Source of the DNA: Eledone cirrhosa
Taxonomy: Eukaryota
DNA length: 64,000 bases
Assembly (NCBI GenBank): GCA_964016885.1
Contig: OZ024743.1
Coordinates: forward strand, 124,620,001 to 124,684,000
Direction: 5' to 3'
The position numbers were made by a program, and so were the translations under genes. Below the pieces are notes generated by a model. It saw nothing but the letters and a program-made list of their open reading frames with translations, was not told the DNA's origin and did not search any database. Positions 27,093-41,189 of this stretch are shown here, one piece after another (position 1 is the first letter of the stretch; the number at the start of each line of letters is the position of its first letter).

Positions 27093-27456
27093 AAAAGGTG
27101 AAGTGAATTATGTTCAGTCTAGTAACTTTAAAAACAGACTAGTAACAACTTTGTATACAACAATAGCTGGTTGTTGTTGAGAACAGAACGACTACGTGTT
27201 TCACATAAAAGTGGCTATGCTCAAAATTATCGGTCAGTATTTATTTTAGAGATGAAATATAGGGCATAGGAACAGACATGTTGGGTCGTTTTGTATTGTC
27301 TTTTCACTGTGTTCAGGTTTTCCTCATTCCTTTATTCCAGTAACTAATATGGTTGGAATAAAACACAGAAACATACACACATTTACATGTTTAATAATAG
27401 ACACATAGGCACACATATTTATATATGTATGTGTGATTATATATTACATATATATA

Positions 27457-27640
27457 ATCTATATATCTAAAACAGAGAATATCTGTTTGTCTGTCTGTCT
27501 CCCTAGAACTCGAGAACCACCCAACCGATTGTTTTCAAACTTTACACATGTAATACTTATAGTCCTGTGAGTGTTTTGAGCAAAACATATTTCAAATTTT
27601 CAATGCCCTGGGGACCGCATTAGGCGATTTAGCGATCTCT
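27457..27640 (+). mobile_element. Possible Helitron/Helentron-like non-autonomous 5' end
   Basis: ATCTATATATCTAAAAC...(TGTC)n...CTCGAGAACC..ACCGATT..CAAACTTT pattern. Confidence 0.4.
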
Positions 27641-27906
27641 CTCTATAATTCTTAGTCTTTCTTTTTAGATAGATACATAGATATAACGTCGCGCCCTTGT
27701 GATATATGTCTGGCTGTATGCATTACGACATTATGACGCTGTGTGTGTGTGTGTGTGTATGTATATATAGTGTGTGTATATATATATATAGTGTGTAACG
27801 TTTTTCGAAATATTTACTTCTGCGTTCACAGATTGATTTTTTTTAGTTTCAGAAGATCCCGTTAAGGATGAAAGCAGCGATTCTTTGCTTAAACTTTAAT
27901 CTGTTA

Positions 27907-27974
<68 letters not shown>

Positions 27975-28308
27975 CATATATATATACAAGTGGAAGCTTA
28001 GTAAAATCGAAGCTTTGGCAGTGGCCAAGCAAAGTCGACCTACAGTAAGGAATGAGTAGCAAAGCACTCAATAAGGGTTGGTCCTTAGAGTAATAACATT
28101 CGTTTAAATAGCTTGACAAATTGAAAATTGCGGTAGGCAAAACCCAACCATACAATACCAAAACAACGAAAGAACTAATCAGGTTATATATATAATTATA
28201 TATTCGTGTACAGATATTTTTGCATACACAATAACAAAATATAAACAAACGTATTTATTTCACGAGGCTCGACCAGCGTCACCGCCAGTAACTACAAGTT
28301 ACTCACAC

Positions 28309-28381
<73 letters not shown>

Positions 28382-28402
28382 CACACATATATTTTTTTTT
28401 TT

Positions 28403-28935
28403 TTATGCTTTAGGAGGGTTATGTTGCCAATAAGAAACACGCGCACCAGTTGCTTTCACTCCAATTTATTATAAATTAAATTCATAAATTTAAGAATTTA
28501 TAAATTTCCGGTTGGTTGGTTGGTTCCATAACCGGACGGTTTTTCATATATTGTCAAAGTTCTTTCGTCACACATTCTGTGACCTCTTCAGTGACTGGGA
28601 TTCTTTTCTTTGTTTTGTGCCTCTCCTTTGTTCTGTCCTAAGCCATCTTGTAACACACACAAAAACAAGATGGCGTGTGTGTTACAAGATGGCGTAGGAC
28701 AGAACAAAGGAGAGGCACAAAACAAAGAAAATAATCCCCAGTCACCGAAGAGGTCATAGAATGTGTGACGAAAGAACTTTGACAATATATGAACAACCGT
28801 CCGGTTATGGAACCAACCAACCAACCGGAAATTTATAAATTCTTAAATTTATAAATTTAATTTATAATAAATTGGAGTGAAAACAACTGGTGCGTGTGTT
28901 TCCTATTGGCAACATGACCCTCCCAAAGCATAACA
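28403..28935. mobile_element. Foldback element with HHRs at 28553-28595 (minus, intact) and 28741-28783 (plus, CCGAAGA)
   Basis: Arms are reverse complements around ~28670. GTCA CTGAAGA G GTCACA-gaatg-TGTGAC GAAA GAAC TT TGAC. Confidence 0.85.
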
Positions 28936-28999
28936 ATATCGGTTTCAACACATGTTTTCAGATAAAGAATCTTGCTAAAGAAATTCAGAAACGAAATAT

Positions 29000-29120
29000 A
29001 TTTTATCGACCCCGTAAGGATGAAAGACAAAGTCAACCTCGGCGGGATTTGAACTCAGATCGTAAAGGGACGTAACTATGCTTGAAAGCAAGGCATCCGA
29101 CTCTCTACCGATACTGCCAA
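29000..29120 (-). mobile_element. Deu/Nin SINE copy
   Basis: Reverse complement of the 63609-63745 consensus. Confidence 0.85.
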
Positions 29121-29235
29121 ATAACGAAGGAAATGTGATAAGGAACCAGATGGATCATAACGCACCAAAGTACTCAATACTTCCAGAATTAGCCGTCGAA
29201 ACGGCTTGAGCTCAGCCGTCGGGGTCCTACTTGTT

Positions 29236-29327
<92 letters not shown>

Positions 29328-29752
29328 GGAGAGGGAGAGAGAGAGAGAGAGAGAGTTCGTAAATCATTTAATGCTTTACAATTGTTTCAATGCATCATTA
29401 TTCAGAAAATGTTATTATATCGTCCTGGCATTGGTTTATATTTTTTTTTATAATTGCAAAGCATTACATGATTTAAGAACTCTTTTCTTTCATCTGAATT
29501 TGTTGTATAAGTTCTTCTATTCTTAAATGACATAAACAATATATTATTGTATGGTAATTTTAGAATAACTTTATGTATATGCGTATATAAGTACGTATAT
29601 GCGTATATGAATACGTATATGCGTATATAAATGTTTATGTTTATATGTATGTGTGTGTATATATAGTTACTTTCTTTATCTATATCTATATATATATCTA
29701 TATAAAATTTAAGTCAAACATGTAAAATTTGGCTTCGTTTATTATCAATTCT

Positions 29753-29805
29753 CTGCTATATATACTTCGGTGACAGCTATTATTGGCTGTGATCTCATCA
29801 GGCAG
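29753..29805 (-). ncRNA. Degenerate hammerhead (GAAA>GAAG)
   Basis: CTGC CTGATGA G..ACAGC...GCTGT..C GAAG TATA TA GCAG. Confidence 0.55.
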
Positions 29806-30111
29806 TACGAATTAATGTGGAAAAGACAGGTAAACATGTTGTTGAAATGTGTTCCACACTGTCAATTCATCGACATGTCCAGCTCCTGGGTGTGTTGTTA
29901 GTCCTCCGAGCAACTGGACGAAGCCAAATTTTACATCTTTGACTTACTTTACATTACTCCTGGGTAAACAAACCAACCTGCGTACTTCGTCGAGTGCTCC
30001 AATCTGTATACTGAGGTGTCGGTAAACAACCAACATATCCTCAAAATCTATATCGATATATATATAATTAACAAAATTTTACCACAATATATATGTACGA
30101 GGATACGAGGG

Positions 30112-30336
30112 CACGAGCGGGTGCTGAAAAGTTACTGGCTTAGGGTAAAAGAAAATACAGGAAGACCAGTTAATTATGATTTTGTTCAACATATGCCCCT
30201 CTCAGATTCACACACTTATTGCAGCTGTCCTTCAGTTTTTTTCTAATCCCTGTAAAAAAAGAACTCGGAAGGCTGGGCCCCCAACCATGACGCTGTAGCA
30301 GCGATCAAGCCAGAAACCTTTCAGCACCCCCTCGTG
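30112..30336. mobile_element. Mariner-type MITE
   Basis: TIRs CACGAGCGGGTGCTGAAAAGTTACTGGCT / AGCCAGAAACCTTTCAGCACCCCCTCGTG. Confidence 0.8.
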
Positions 30337-30609
30337 TATATATATATATGAAAAAATTCAGGACCCCGACGGCTGAGCTCCGGCCGTTTCAGCAGCTAGA
30401 TCCGAACCATACTACTCCAAGTATCGAAGTATCGAGTACTCTGGTGAGTAATAGTGTAACTGGTTTTTACCACCTCCAATCTGATATGTATATATATTGT
30501 TGTTGTTGTTCTGAGGACAATGCAAATAGGACATTAAATGTTAAATATAACGATAACAAAGATGTTGGAATGTTGCCTTGGGTGTTTTTAATTAGCCTTT
30601 ATTATTTCA

Positions 30610-30755
30610 GAGGGCGGTGGATTGGCAGTATCGGTAGAGGACGCCATACTTTGACGCATAGAGTTACAGTTCTTGCCATTCTGAGTTCAAATCCCGCCGA
30701 GGTTAACTTTGTCTTTCATCCTTACGGGGTCGATAAAATAAAGTACCAGTAATTC
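30610..30755 (+). mobile_element. Deu/Nin SINE copy
   Basis: A box TGGCAGTATCGG, B box GAGTTCAAATCC, Nin core. Confidence 0.85.
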
Positions 30756-31989
30756 AACATCGGCGGCGTGGAGAGGGGAGGATGGTATGCATGGGCGACT
30801 GCTGGTCTTCCACAAACAACCTTGCTCGGACTTGTGCCTCAGAGGGAAACTTTCTAGGTGCAAATCCCATGGTCATTCGTGACAGAAGGGGGTCTTTACC
30901 TTTTATGGGACACAAGCCTCACATACAAAGGCAGTGGATTAGCGGAGTCGTTAGAACGTCGGATAGACCGCGCCGTGGTCAACTTTGTCTTTCATCCATT
31001 CTAGGTCGATAAAAAAGTACCAGTCACGCACTAGGATCGATTCTTCCTCTATATCTCTCTCTCACCTCCATTTCCCCACTTTCTCTTTCTTTCTCTGTTA
31101 TAAAAATGCCCTAGAAACGCCGTATATCATACGGCGCCTCTACGACTCCCTCAAGAGTCACGGGACCATGCATGCTTCACACAGTCAAGATTTCAGTCAA
31201 GACAAATTCTAACATTAAGAAAAAAGTGTATATCTTTATTCATTTATTACAGAATACCCAAAAGTTAATGTCATTATTGAAGTACTGTGATAATGAGCCT
31301 AGTTATCTATGAAACTGAGAAACAGGAAGATAGTGTTAGATAATTAAATAAACAATAGTTTTTTTTATTTTAGGAAGGTATGCTAAAATTGTATACTACA
31401 ACAGCACATTTCTTTATGCTAAGTTTTAAATTCTATTTCCAATGTTAAACAAACAAAAACACACACGCGCGCGCGCGCGCATATATTTATTTGTGTGTGT
31501 GTGTGTATGAAACACAAATTAAAATTTTGAAAACCAAACAATGTGTTAGAAAGAACATTAAATCCCCAAGATAATAAAAGAATCTTACCTTAGCAAATTT
31601 AATGATCCAAAATATTTTCGGGTTTAAAAACCCACTGAAAAAATAGATGGGATTGACTTGCTCTTTTGGAGAGCAGATTTAAGTTAAATGAAATGAAAAG
31701 ACGTTAAAATTTCGAACGTGCGCGTTGTGAAATGTATGATATATGCATGTGTGTGTATGTAAATGTGCTTAGTGGGATGTTTGTATGTGTGTGCGTGAAT
31801 GTAAGTTTATGTAGTGAAAGGTGTGTGCGAATATGTATATAATAAAACGGGGAAAATATGTGTGCGATATATGTATGCGTGTGTGTGTGTGTGAGTCTAA
31901 GTGTGCTTGCCTAGTGACGACATAGATTTGATTTGAAAGAAAGAATGAAATGAGCCACTGGGATGTTGGAATACAGGATTTAAATTAGC

Positions 31990-32225
31990 CATTCTGGTGC
32001 ACTTCTTTCCATTCGATTATTGACCCTAGGTTTTAAATGCTTGATTAAGAGGGCTTCCTTAATTCTCAACGTGCCTATACTGCGTTCGGTAGCTAAGATT
32101 GTGGTGGTAATGTTTCCCAGTTACCACATATCATGATGTGTTTGTGGAAGGAAGAGGAGTTGGTGTTAACATGCTCTTTAATACGGATATGTAACGGTTG
32201 AATAGTGCTGCCTATGTAAAATATA
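31990..32225 (-). pseudogene. PLE GIY-YIG fragment
   Basis: FYIGSTIQPLHIRIKEH...H, then after a frameshift LRIKEALLIKHLKPRVNNR. Confidence 0.75.
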
Positions 32226-32283
32226 CATTTATATATATGCACATATATATACGTATATCTATATATATTTGTATTAATGCTCC

Positions 32284-32314
<31 letters not shown>

Positions 32315-32565
32315 ATTACAAGAAACGAAGCGAGCTGTGTGGTTACAGTAAACATAGTTTAAGATGGTAATATGGACGAAACAAGAGAAGAAATCCTTCA
32401 TCAGCTATTAACCGCAAATCAGCTATTAACCGTAAATTAAAACAGGACATCAGAAGCGATCAGTCTTGTGCACGCCGCTGATCGCTTTTGATATCCTGTT
32501 TTAAGCGCCGAAGCATCTATGATCTGCGGCTAACAGCTGCTGAAAGATTTCTTCTCTTGTTTCGT

Positions 32566-32633
<68 letters not shown>

Positions 32634-32705
32634 GATTCTTAGCCATTTTTGAATGTATTTTTGGCGCGATCACTTTGGAAAATTAAATGTCTAATTTTGA
32701 GTTCG

Positions 32706-32779
32706 CTCCTGATGAGTCCGAAGCTCTAGACATTCCCTGTTATCGGATGTCTTAAAATACGGCTGAAACCATGGTAGAG
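32706..32779 (+). ncRNA. Type I hammerhead with extended stem II
   Basis: CTC CTGATGA GTCCG...(GACAT..ATGTC hairpin)...CGGCT GAAA CCATGG TA GAG. Confidence 0.7.
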
Positions 32780-33058
32780 ATAATTAGGTATGTACGCATT
32801 TCTTCTAAGTTTGAATTTACACCTAATTGTGTTTAGTTGACTGTATATCTGGTCGATTTCTACATGCTGTCGAAATGTTGGATAAATACTCCATCGTAGC
32901 CACCGCGAAGAGGCTGCTTTCGGTTATTTGTCGGAGATTTCTTCATAGGAGCCTTTATTGTTATAGCTTGGTCTAATTGAATTTTTATATGGTTAATTAT
33001 GCTAATTGGGAGAGGAAATGGTATATATTATATCTAGTGATTCTAAAGATATGTTTTA

Positions 33059-33094
<36 letters not shown>

Positions 33095-34979
33095 AGAATA
33101 GGAAGGCGGTGTAGTTGCTAGTTAAGTTAGGCTTAAAAATGGAATGAGAATAAGAAGAAAACAAGAACGGGGGGGGGGTCCTTATCAGTTGTCTACTGGG
33201 GGTCTCGGATATTTCAACACTTTAAAGACAATATATCTACCCCCAGAGCGTCAATAACTGGATAAGTTATTGGGAAAACGGAGGAGGGAGGGAAGGAAAA
33301 TAGAAGGGAAAAGGGAAAAGAGAAAGAAAGGAGAAAACAGCGAAAAAACAACAAACAGGGCATGTGCGAGCAACTTAAGGTATGAATATGTATTAGGTAT
33401 GAATCGAAGTTGTAGCTGCCATATAACAGGTACTAATCGAATTGTTTGAGGCAACCACAAAGCACTCACTAGAGCGATATGTTAATACATTACCGTCCAG
33501 AGTAAACACAACAGTTTGAAAGTGTGACACCAAGAAAAACGACAGAAGGCAGAGGTCATACATATACCACAACACCAATAAATACAGAAAGGTTGAAAAC
33601 TAACTTGAACCGTCTCTTATTGATTAAAATCGATATAATTGATAAAAATCTCAGATAGATTTCTGGGACATCTGAAAGTTACATAAGAAGTTGCATAATG
33701 CACATGCAATACATGTGTGCTCTTCCACGATGGAACTGGAGATCCCTTCGTCGGCAGATTTTGTTGGAAATAGGCTACCAGTGATTGTAAAACGTGGAAC
33801 GTGAGTCTTTACAAGGTATAGGGTAGCAGAGTAGTGTGAGACGGGGGAGACTTCAAAGATGTGTGAATCGAAGAATATGTGGCTCTGAGTTTCAGAGCTG
33901 GGGAGTTAGGAGAAATAGCAATAAGTTTATATGTAGGTTGAACTAGTGTTGATGCATGCTGGATGGTTACAAGGAAACAATTTTTCAGATCGTCCGTTGA
34001 GTAAAAATGTCCTTGTAGAGTTTCAAAGGCCTCCACTCATTTTTCTATACCCGGTGGAGTGCTTGGTTTTTAAGCTGCATGGTATATTTTTCGTTGAAAT
34101 TTCGTAGGCGAAAACTGCGAGCAAGCCCATGCAATGAAGCGCCTTTTTTCTTGGTAGATAGACTTAATCCGTCGTCCGGTTTAATAACACAATCACCTTG
34201 CATTTAAGTGTCTTTAGTCGACCCTACTCTGTTGCAAGAATTCGAGTCAGGTAGGTCTCTAATTTGAAGATAATCTCTTTCTTTCCTCCCTCGATCTATT
34301 CCTCCCATAGTATCGACGGCATTGAAAAGATTATAGGTACTGCCCATTCTCTTCTGATGAAACCAAGAAAAGCATACAAAAAAGCTAAAAGCGTTTAAAT
34401 GTGTCTTTGTTTTTGTTTTTACGCTACCATCATTCTACTGATATAACAATTTCTCTGTCAGGTTTGGCACTACCATGCTATTAGCTGTCAGAAGTGAAAG
34501 TAGGCGAAGGTGACGTCATTCGTCAACCTTCTCAATCGTAAACATCGTTTATTTCCGTATTACCACGCGTTATTTTAATAAAGCATATCGATGTAAGTGG
34601 AGTTACTTAAATGAAAATATAGGTGGCCCTTAAAAGGGCCAAATTAGAAAACAAATTTAAGTTAATTAGAAAACAAGTCATGGTTATCAAATAAATTGGA
34701 TTTAATCATTTTCCCAACAGTGGAGTTACTTCTGACAGCTAATACCATGAACTATATTTTCATAGTCATGGTTTTCAATGTAGAAAACAAGTCATTTTCA
34801 CCAACAGTGGAGTTATCTTAAATTAAAATGTAGGTGGCCCTTAAAAGGGCCAAATTAGAAAACAAATATATGGTTATCAAATTTTTTTCACCAACCCTAA
34901 TCATTTATGAAGAAATGTTTAGAAAACAAATTTGTTTCACCAACCTTATTCAAAAGCATGGATACAGTCCACATGGAGA

Positions 34980-36943
34980 CAAGAGACAGTCCCCATCCAT
35001 AGACATTTAGCAGGTTGAAGTATGGTACCATATTAGATAGACGTAAAGCAGTGCGTTAGTTCACTCAGTTTCTGAATTTATGGCTTGTAAAAATAAGCTG
35101 TTGATAACGATGCTTTTATTAAAAAATTGTTTAGGGATATTATCTTTAATTTGTAGATTAAATGGAGCATTATACCAAGTAACTCGTCTATTACGGTTTC
35201 GATGTTGTTTTTTATATTTATACGATGTATCAGGATGTTTACTAAGAGAGTTAGTATCAGTGAGTTTATTATATATAGGTTTAGTTAGATTAACTGATTT
35301 AGGTGTTTTAGTCTGATTATTAGGAATTTTGTTCGTAATGTTATTAAGGTATATTGGAGTATTAGGATGAATGGTTTTCTGAAAGTTATTATATTTTATG
35401 TGAGAAGAGGTAGTGAAATTAAGTTTAAGGTTGGTATTTTTGGTGTAGTGTGAGTGGCATTTAGGTGTGTGTTTTTCATTTGGTGTTTGTTGGTAATATT
35501 GGGTTGTATGTTTGAAGTATTATTGGTGCAAGGTATATAGACTAATTTGTTTTTGTGGCCGCTTATAGCTAAAGCGTCGTTATAAAAGGGCGCATTTTTA
35601 TCGAATACATCCTGGTTAGATGAAAGGTTAGAAATTCTGAGTGAGATATTATATGCTAGGTTTTTAAGGATAGATCTAGGGTGATTGGATTGTGAGTGTA
35701 TGTAATGTAAGTTTTGGTTAGGTTTATAGTAAGGTTGGTAGATACCCGTAGATAAGCCTAAAGTTATATCTAGGAAATTAACTATTTTACTGGTGTTTTC
35801 AAATGTAATAGTGAGACTATAATAGTCTTTGAGGAAAGTTCTAATAAGTTTTTTATTTATTTCAATTTCTGATAGGCTAAGGTTAGTGGAAAGAAGAAGA
35901 CAGTCATCACGATATAAACCACCTTTAAGGTGGGGGAAAAGAAGAATTTATGTTAACTAGAAGAAAGAGGCCCACAAGATCGGTAATTTGGGCAGAATCA
36001 CTAGAGCCCATAGTAATGTCGAATATATTACTATATGTATTTCTGGTCCAGTATTCCTTCTGAAATTCCAGTAGTGTTTGTCTAGCGTGCGTGATAATAT
36101 TAATGTCATCCATAGTTAAGTTTGATCTATTTTTGGCAAATATCAAGGCTTTGTTCAGGAGTATGGGTGATATAGAGGGATAATAAGCATCTATATCAAA
36201 TTGTAGAAATGAAGCAGATGATTTATTTCTAATATTAGTAAACCAGTTAATTACTTGGGATGTGTTTTCCCAGAGTGGTAAATTAACGTGTTTTCTTAAT
36301 TGTGGAATGTTTTTGTCTAAAAATTTTTTACTAATGATGCCAATGTCAGATTTGGAAGGGCATATAAGTCTTATAGAAGGATTAGAGTTAAAGTTAGATT
36401 TGTGATCTTTCAGGTTAAAGTGTGGTTTTTTCAGTGCCAAAGGTTCAGTTCTGTCTTCAATATTGAGTTTATTTACTATGTTGTGTGTTTTGTTGTTGAT
36501 ATTGGTAAGTGCCGCATATTTGTTTTTTTATAATTTTTGCTGAGTTCTTTATAAATGAACTCATTGTAATTATCAATATCCATGTGGTATAGATTTCCAG
36601 TTTTGTCAGAGTGGACGTGGACTTTGTTAGATTTTTTTAGATCCAATAGGGTAGAGTCAAGGTCCTTTTGAAAATTAGATTTATATTTCTTAAATTTGAG
36701 GTGTTTGATTAAGTTAAATAGGTCTTTTTCGAAGTTTTCAAGCAAGGAGTTGTGTGGTGGGTTCATATATGTAGTGAAATCATATAAATATTTCTTATCC
36801 GTACATTTTGTTTTTTTATCAAAGTGGTAGGCCCTCCATCTGACCCTTTTGATGAATTGGTTGGTTTTTTGTATCATAAGAAGTAAGAATTCATCCTTAG
36901 AAGGTATATTCTTTAAAGAAGTTCCCAAGTATTGTTTTTCCAT
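34980..36943 (-). pseudogene. Naiad-like PLE ORF, frameshifted, with a decayed 3' part
   Basis: SLKNIPS..RWRAYHF, SDKTGNLY, KDHKSNF..RLICPSKS, QFDIDAYYPSI, MGSSDSAQITDLVGL, GLYRDD, NFLD, PYYKPN, SNHP. Confidence 0.85.
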
Positions 36944-36944
36944 T

Positions 36945-37415
36945 GTATTAGTAAAAAGGAAAAGAAAATGCTGACAAATTTTTCCCAGTGAAAAATAGTT
37001 TAATTAGGAATAAGCATAAATTAGTAATAAGTATTAGTTAGTATTCAGTTTTAGTTTTAAGTTTTTACCGGTTGCGCATTTCTTATGCTTTTCAAAAATA
37101 ATTTTGAGATAGAGTGCTCGTGATTTTTGCTCTAATCTGATCAGTTTTGGAAATTCTTCCTGTTTTATGTGAAATAAGTGGCTTGGAAGGTATTACAATT
37201 TGGTTGGTTGTTGAACGTCACGTGAATAAGCACTATAAATTTCGCGCCAATTCGTGTTGCAGAAATTCTTGTTGTCAAAACAATTTTGATTGGTTGGTAG
37301 AAGTCACGTGAATGTTTAAATTGATTTTAGCGCGAACTGGTTTCGCGCCAAATGTAGGTTTGTCGAACAGTGTCCTTTTCCGCTTGATTGAGTTGCAGTC
37401 ATGTTGAGAGGTCAA
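36945..37415 (-). repeat. pLTR of the Neptune-like PLE (inverted partner of 39762-40240)
   Basis: Reverse-complement match to 39762-40240 and to 1320-1790. Confidence 0.85.
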
Positions 37416-37439
37416 AAGTTCAGGTCTCTATTAAGACAA

Positions 37440-37486
<47 letters not shown>

Positions 37487-38147
37487 TAGCAAAGGGGTTC
37501 ATCGTTGTGATAATGGAAATGAATCGGTCAGTAGGAATGTGTGTGTACGTGTGTGGGTGTGGGGGGGGGGGTATTTTAACATGTTGAAACATATTTTTCA
37601 GCTCTTGTCTTATACGGAGAAATGTGTGTGTGTGTGTGTGTGTCTGTATGTTAGTGTGCGCGTGTGCATGCGCGCGCGCGTGCTGTGTGTGGATGGACCA
37701 GTATTTTTGTGGTACTGCTAAAAATGGCGTACATTATTCGATATTTTCAGTCATTTGCAAAAACGATTATCTCAAAAGAACATCAATAACATCAATAACA
37801 AAAGAGGTGAAATGATGTATAGTATTGTCATAACAACAAGGCGTGTGTGAGTCCAGATTGTACGTACTGCAAGGGGAATCCATTAGGCCCTGCCGTATGG
37901 GATACTTGTGTACAAATATGTATGCACCCATCAATGTGCAATGCATGTGTGCATATGTGTATGTGTGCGTGTCGGCACGTGTATATCTATAAACATCAAA
38001 AGGTATGCAAATTTGTGTATATTTGTGTTGCACCATAGAACATGTGTGTTTACATATGTCATTGTGTTTATATGTGGATAGAAATGTATGTAGGATGTAT
38101 GCTGATGTAGGTATGTATGTCAACGTGTGTATGTTGTGGGTTCGTCT

Positions 38148-39765
38148 TAGGAAGAAGTGTTTAGACGGGGTCCGTATTTGTTAATAAAGTGAGATTCCTT
38201 GCTGATGCACTGGGTGTGGGTGGCATTATCTTTAAATTTGTAGAGGGGAAAAATTCTAAAGTTGGGATGATTTTGGGCGGCACAGGTATCAATGTGTTCA
38301 CTCAGTGCTATTTTTCTCTATTCCCGTATTTTGATTTGGGATCTATGGACAGTCATGCGTTGGCGGAGGCTGTTTTTGTCTGGCCTATGTATTGTTCTCG
38401 ACAACCTGAGCAAGTTAATACATATATTAGGTTTTCTGATGCGCATGTGAAATTGTGTTTTACTATAAAACGTTGTCCTTGTTTGAAATAGAATTCCGAA
38501 CCCTCTATTAGGTTGATGCATATACCACAGTTGGGTCTATCGCATTCTTTTTACTGTGGTTTCATTGTTGTGGTTTGCAGTACTTTGGCATGTGTTAGGA
38601 TGTTTCTCATTGACTTAGATTGTCTTTTGCTCTTTATGATATCGTGTGTTCGAAGGATTTGGTTTATTCTATGGTCTTTTTTTAATATAGGGATGTTCTG
38701 GAGGATGGTGACAAAGGCCTCATTGTTGAGAGGGTTGTGTGTGGAGATGTATGGAAGAGCTTTTAGTTTCGGTTGATTAACTTTAGGGTGTCTAAGGTCA
38801 TGGATCCTGAGTTTTAGGGCACGTTGGATTCCTTTGTCAATTAGTGATGCAGGATAGTCACTGCTTATGAGTGTGCCCTTTAGTTCTTGTAGACCTAAGT
38901 AACAGGTGTTTTTATTGGAAACTATAGTACAGATTCTCTTGGCTAAGTTGTAGGGAATATTAATTTTAATGTGTCTAGGGTGGCATGAATTGAAAGGAAG
39001 ATATTGCTTGGAGTCTGTGGTCTTGTAGTATATGTCTGTTTCTATTTTTTTGTTATGAATCTTAATGAGGATGTCGAGGAGGGGAGTTGTTGATGGCTGT
39101 ATTCCATTGTAAAATTAATATTCGTGTTGAGCCCATTTATAAGGGTATGAAATTCTTTAAGTTTCTCGATGTTTTCGTGCCAAAGGATGAAGCAGTCATC
39201 TAGATATCTCTTCCAGTTCTTTTCTATGTGTAAGTGGAGAGTGTTTCCAAATTTGTTTAGTACTTTAGTGTAGAAGGTGGTTTCCAGGTATCCCATGGCT
39301 AGGTTTGCATAAGTGGGGGCTGTTTTCGTTCCCATAGCGGCCCCAGATTTCTGCCTGTAGAATTTGTTATTGAAAACGAGGTATATTTGAGTCCTTCTAT
39401 CACGAATTCTTTTTTGATACGTTGTGGGAGTTCATTGGGGTAATTATCCAGCCAGAATTGGATAGCCTCTATTCCTAGGTTGTGTGGGATGTTGGAGTAT
39501 AGGTTGACTACATCGAACATCACTAGTAGGGTTTGTTCAGTAAGGGGTATATTAGGGAGGTGGTTGAACATATCTAGATCGACCCTTATGTAGCTTTTAA
39601 TGTGTTTGAGAAAAGGCTTGAGAAGGGTATCAATGAAGTTGCTAAGGCGGTGGGTTTCGAAAGCGGGGCCTGCTATTATAGGTCTTAATTTGAGATCATT
39701 AGGTGAGGGGACATTGATGACTAAGTCTGTGGCTTCCTTGCATGCTTTACTTATTAATTCGCTTT
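38148..39765 (-). pseudogene. Neptune-like PLE: RT + GIY-YIG, 5'-truncated and frameshifted
   Basis: KLRPIIAG, FDVVNLYSNIP, MGTKTAPTYANLAMG, RYLDDCF, SCHPRHIKINIPYNLA, NLIYVLTCSGCREQYIGQT. Confidence 0.9.
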
Positions 39766-40264
39766 GACCTCTCAACATGACTGCAACTCAATCAAGCGGA
39801 AAAGGACACTGTTCGACAAACCTACATTTGGCGCGAAACCAGTTCGCGCTAAAATCAATTTAAACATTCAGGTGACTTCTACCGACCAATCAAAATTGTT
39901 TTGACTACAAGAATTTCTGCAACACGAATTGGCGCGAAATTTATAGTGCTTATTCACGTGACATTCTACAACCAACCAAATTTTAATACCTTCCAAGCCA
40001 CTCTTTTCACATAAAATAGGAGGAATTTCCAAAACTGATCAGATTAGAGCAAAAATAACGAGCACTCTATCTCAAAATTATTTTTGAAAAGCATAAGAAA
40101 TGCGCAACCGGTAAAAACTTAAAACTAAAACTGAATACTAAGTAATACTTATTACTAATTCATACTTAGTCCTAATTAAACTATTTTTCACTGGGAAAAA
40201 TTTGTCACCATTTTCTTTTCCTTTTTTCCTTTTTACTAATATATCACAACTCGTGTGTCACACC

Positions 40265-40267
<3 letters not shown>
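39762..40267 (+). repeat. Inverted pLTR capping the truncated 5' end of the PLE
   Basis: Reverse complement of 36945-37415 plus a short tail, ending in (TA)n. Confidence 0.85.
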
Positions 40268-40333
<66 letters not shown>

Positions 40334-41158
40334 AATGAAAATAGAGAAATTAATGTAAGCAAGAAGCCAACAGTAATTCAGACATATAAGTGACTATTAC
40401 GTCAAAATGAAAAATATTTAACGTAAGATATGGGAAAATAATTCAATCCCAATTCAAAACAAGTCAAGACCAGAAATTTTATCCACAGATTTTGTGTAAT
40501 CCGGGGAAAAAACCCATAGAATCTTAACTCAAAATAAAATTAAGAGTAAATACTTATCCGTCAATTTTGAAAAAAAAAAAATATATATATAGACAAAAAT
40601 ATAAAATAAACATGCGTACACATCCACATACACATGCGTGCAAAAATACATATACACATGCACATACACACGTATACACACGTATATAAAAACATGCATA
40701 CAACCAAATATACTAACACACACATAAACCCTACAAAAAAGAGCATTGGTACAAAACCTACGTACATACGTATACACATGCGTGCGCGCACTCGCACGTA
40801 ATAAGAAAATAACACACGCATACAAAACCATACGTAAAACCATTACAGACAAAAACAAAAGCATATATACAACCGCATACACACAACTATATACGTAAAC
40901 ATACATATAACCATATATAAGTATAATATAAACATAAATAAACACACACACATAAATAATATATACAAACACATACACACACACATATATATATATACAT
41001 ATATATATACAAATACATACACACGTATATATATATATACACACATATATATATACATATATATAATATAATATATATACACACATATATACACACACAC
41101 ATACATATACACATATATACATACGTACACATACACAAACACACACACACACATATAC

Positions 41159-41189
<31 letters not shown>

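Noticed and set aside
32370-32570. Foldback containing CTGATGA on the minus strand
   Set aside because: No correctly placed GAAA or NUH found, so it is kept only as an inverted repeat.
33690-34340. Possible ancient LINE RT fragment (minus strand)
   Set aside because: Only a faint AFD-like remnant, which is insufficient support.
34595-34885. Local ~210 bp-period duplication with a GGCCCTTAAAAGGGCC hairpin
   Set aside because: Looks like a simple local duplication, with no ribozyme core or element ends recognised.
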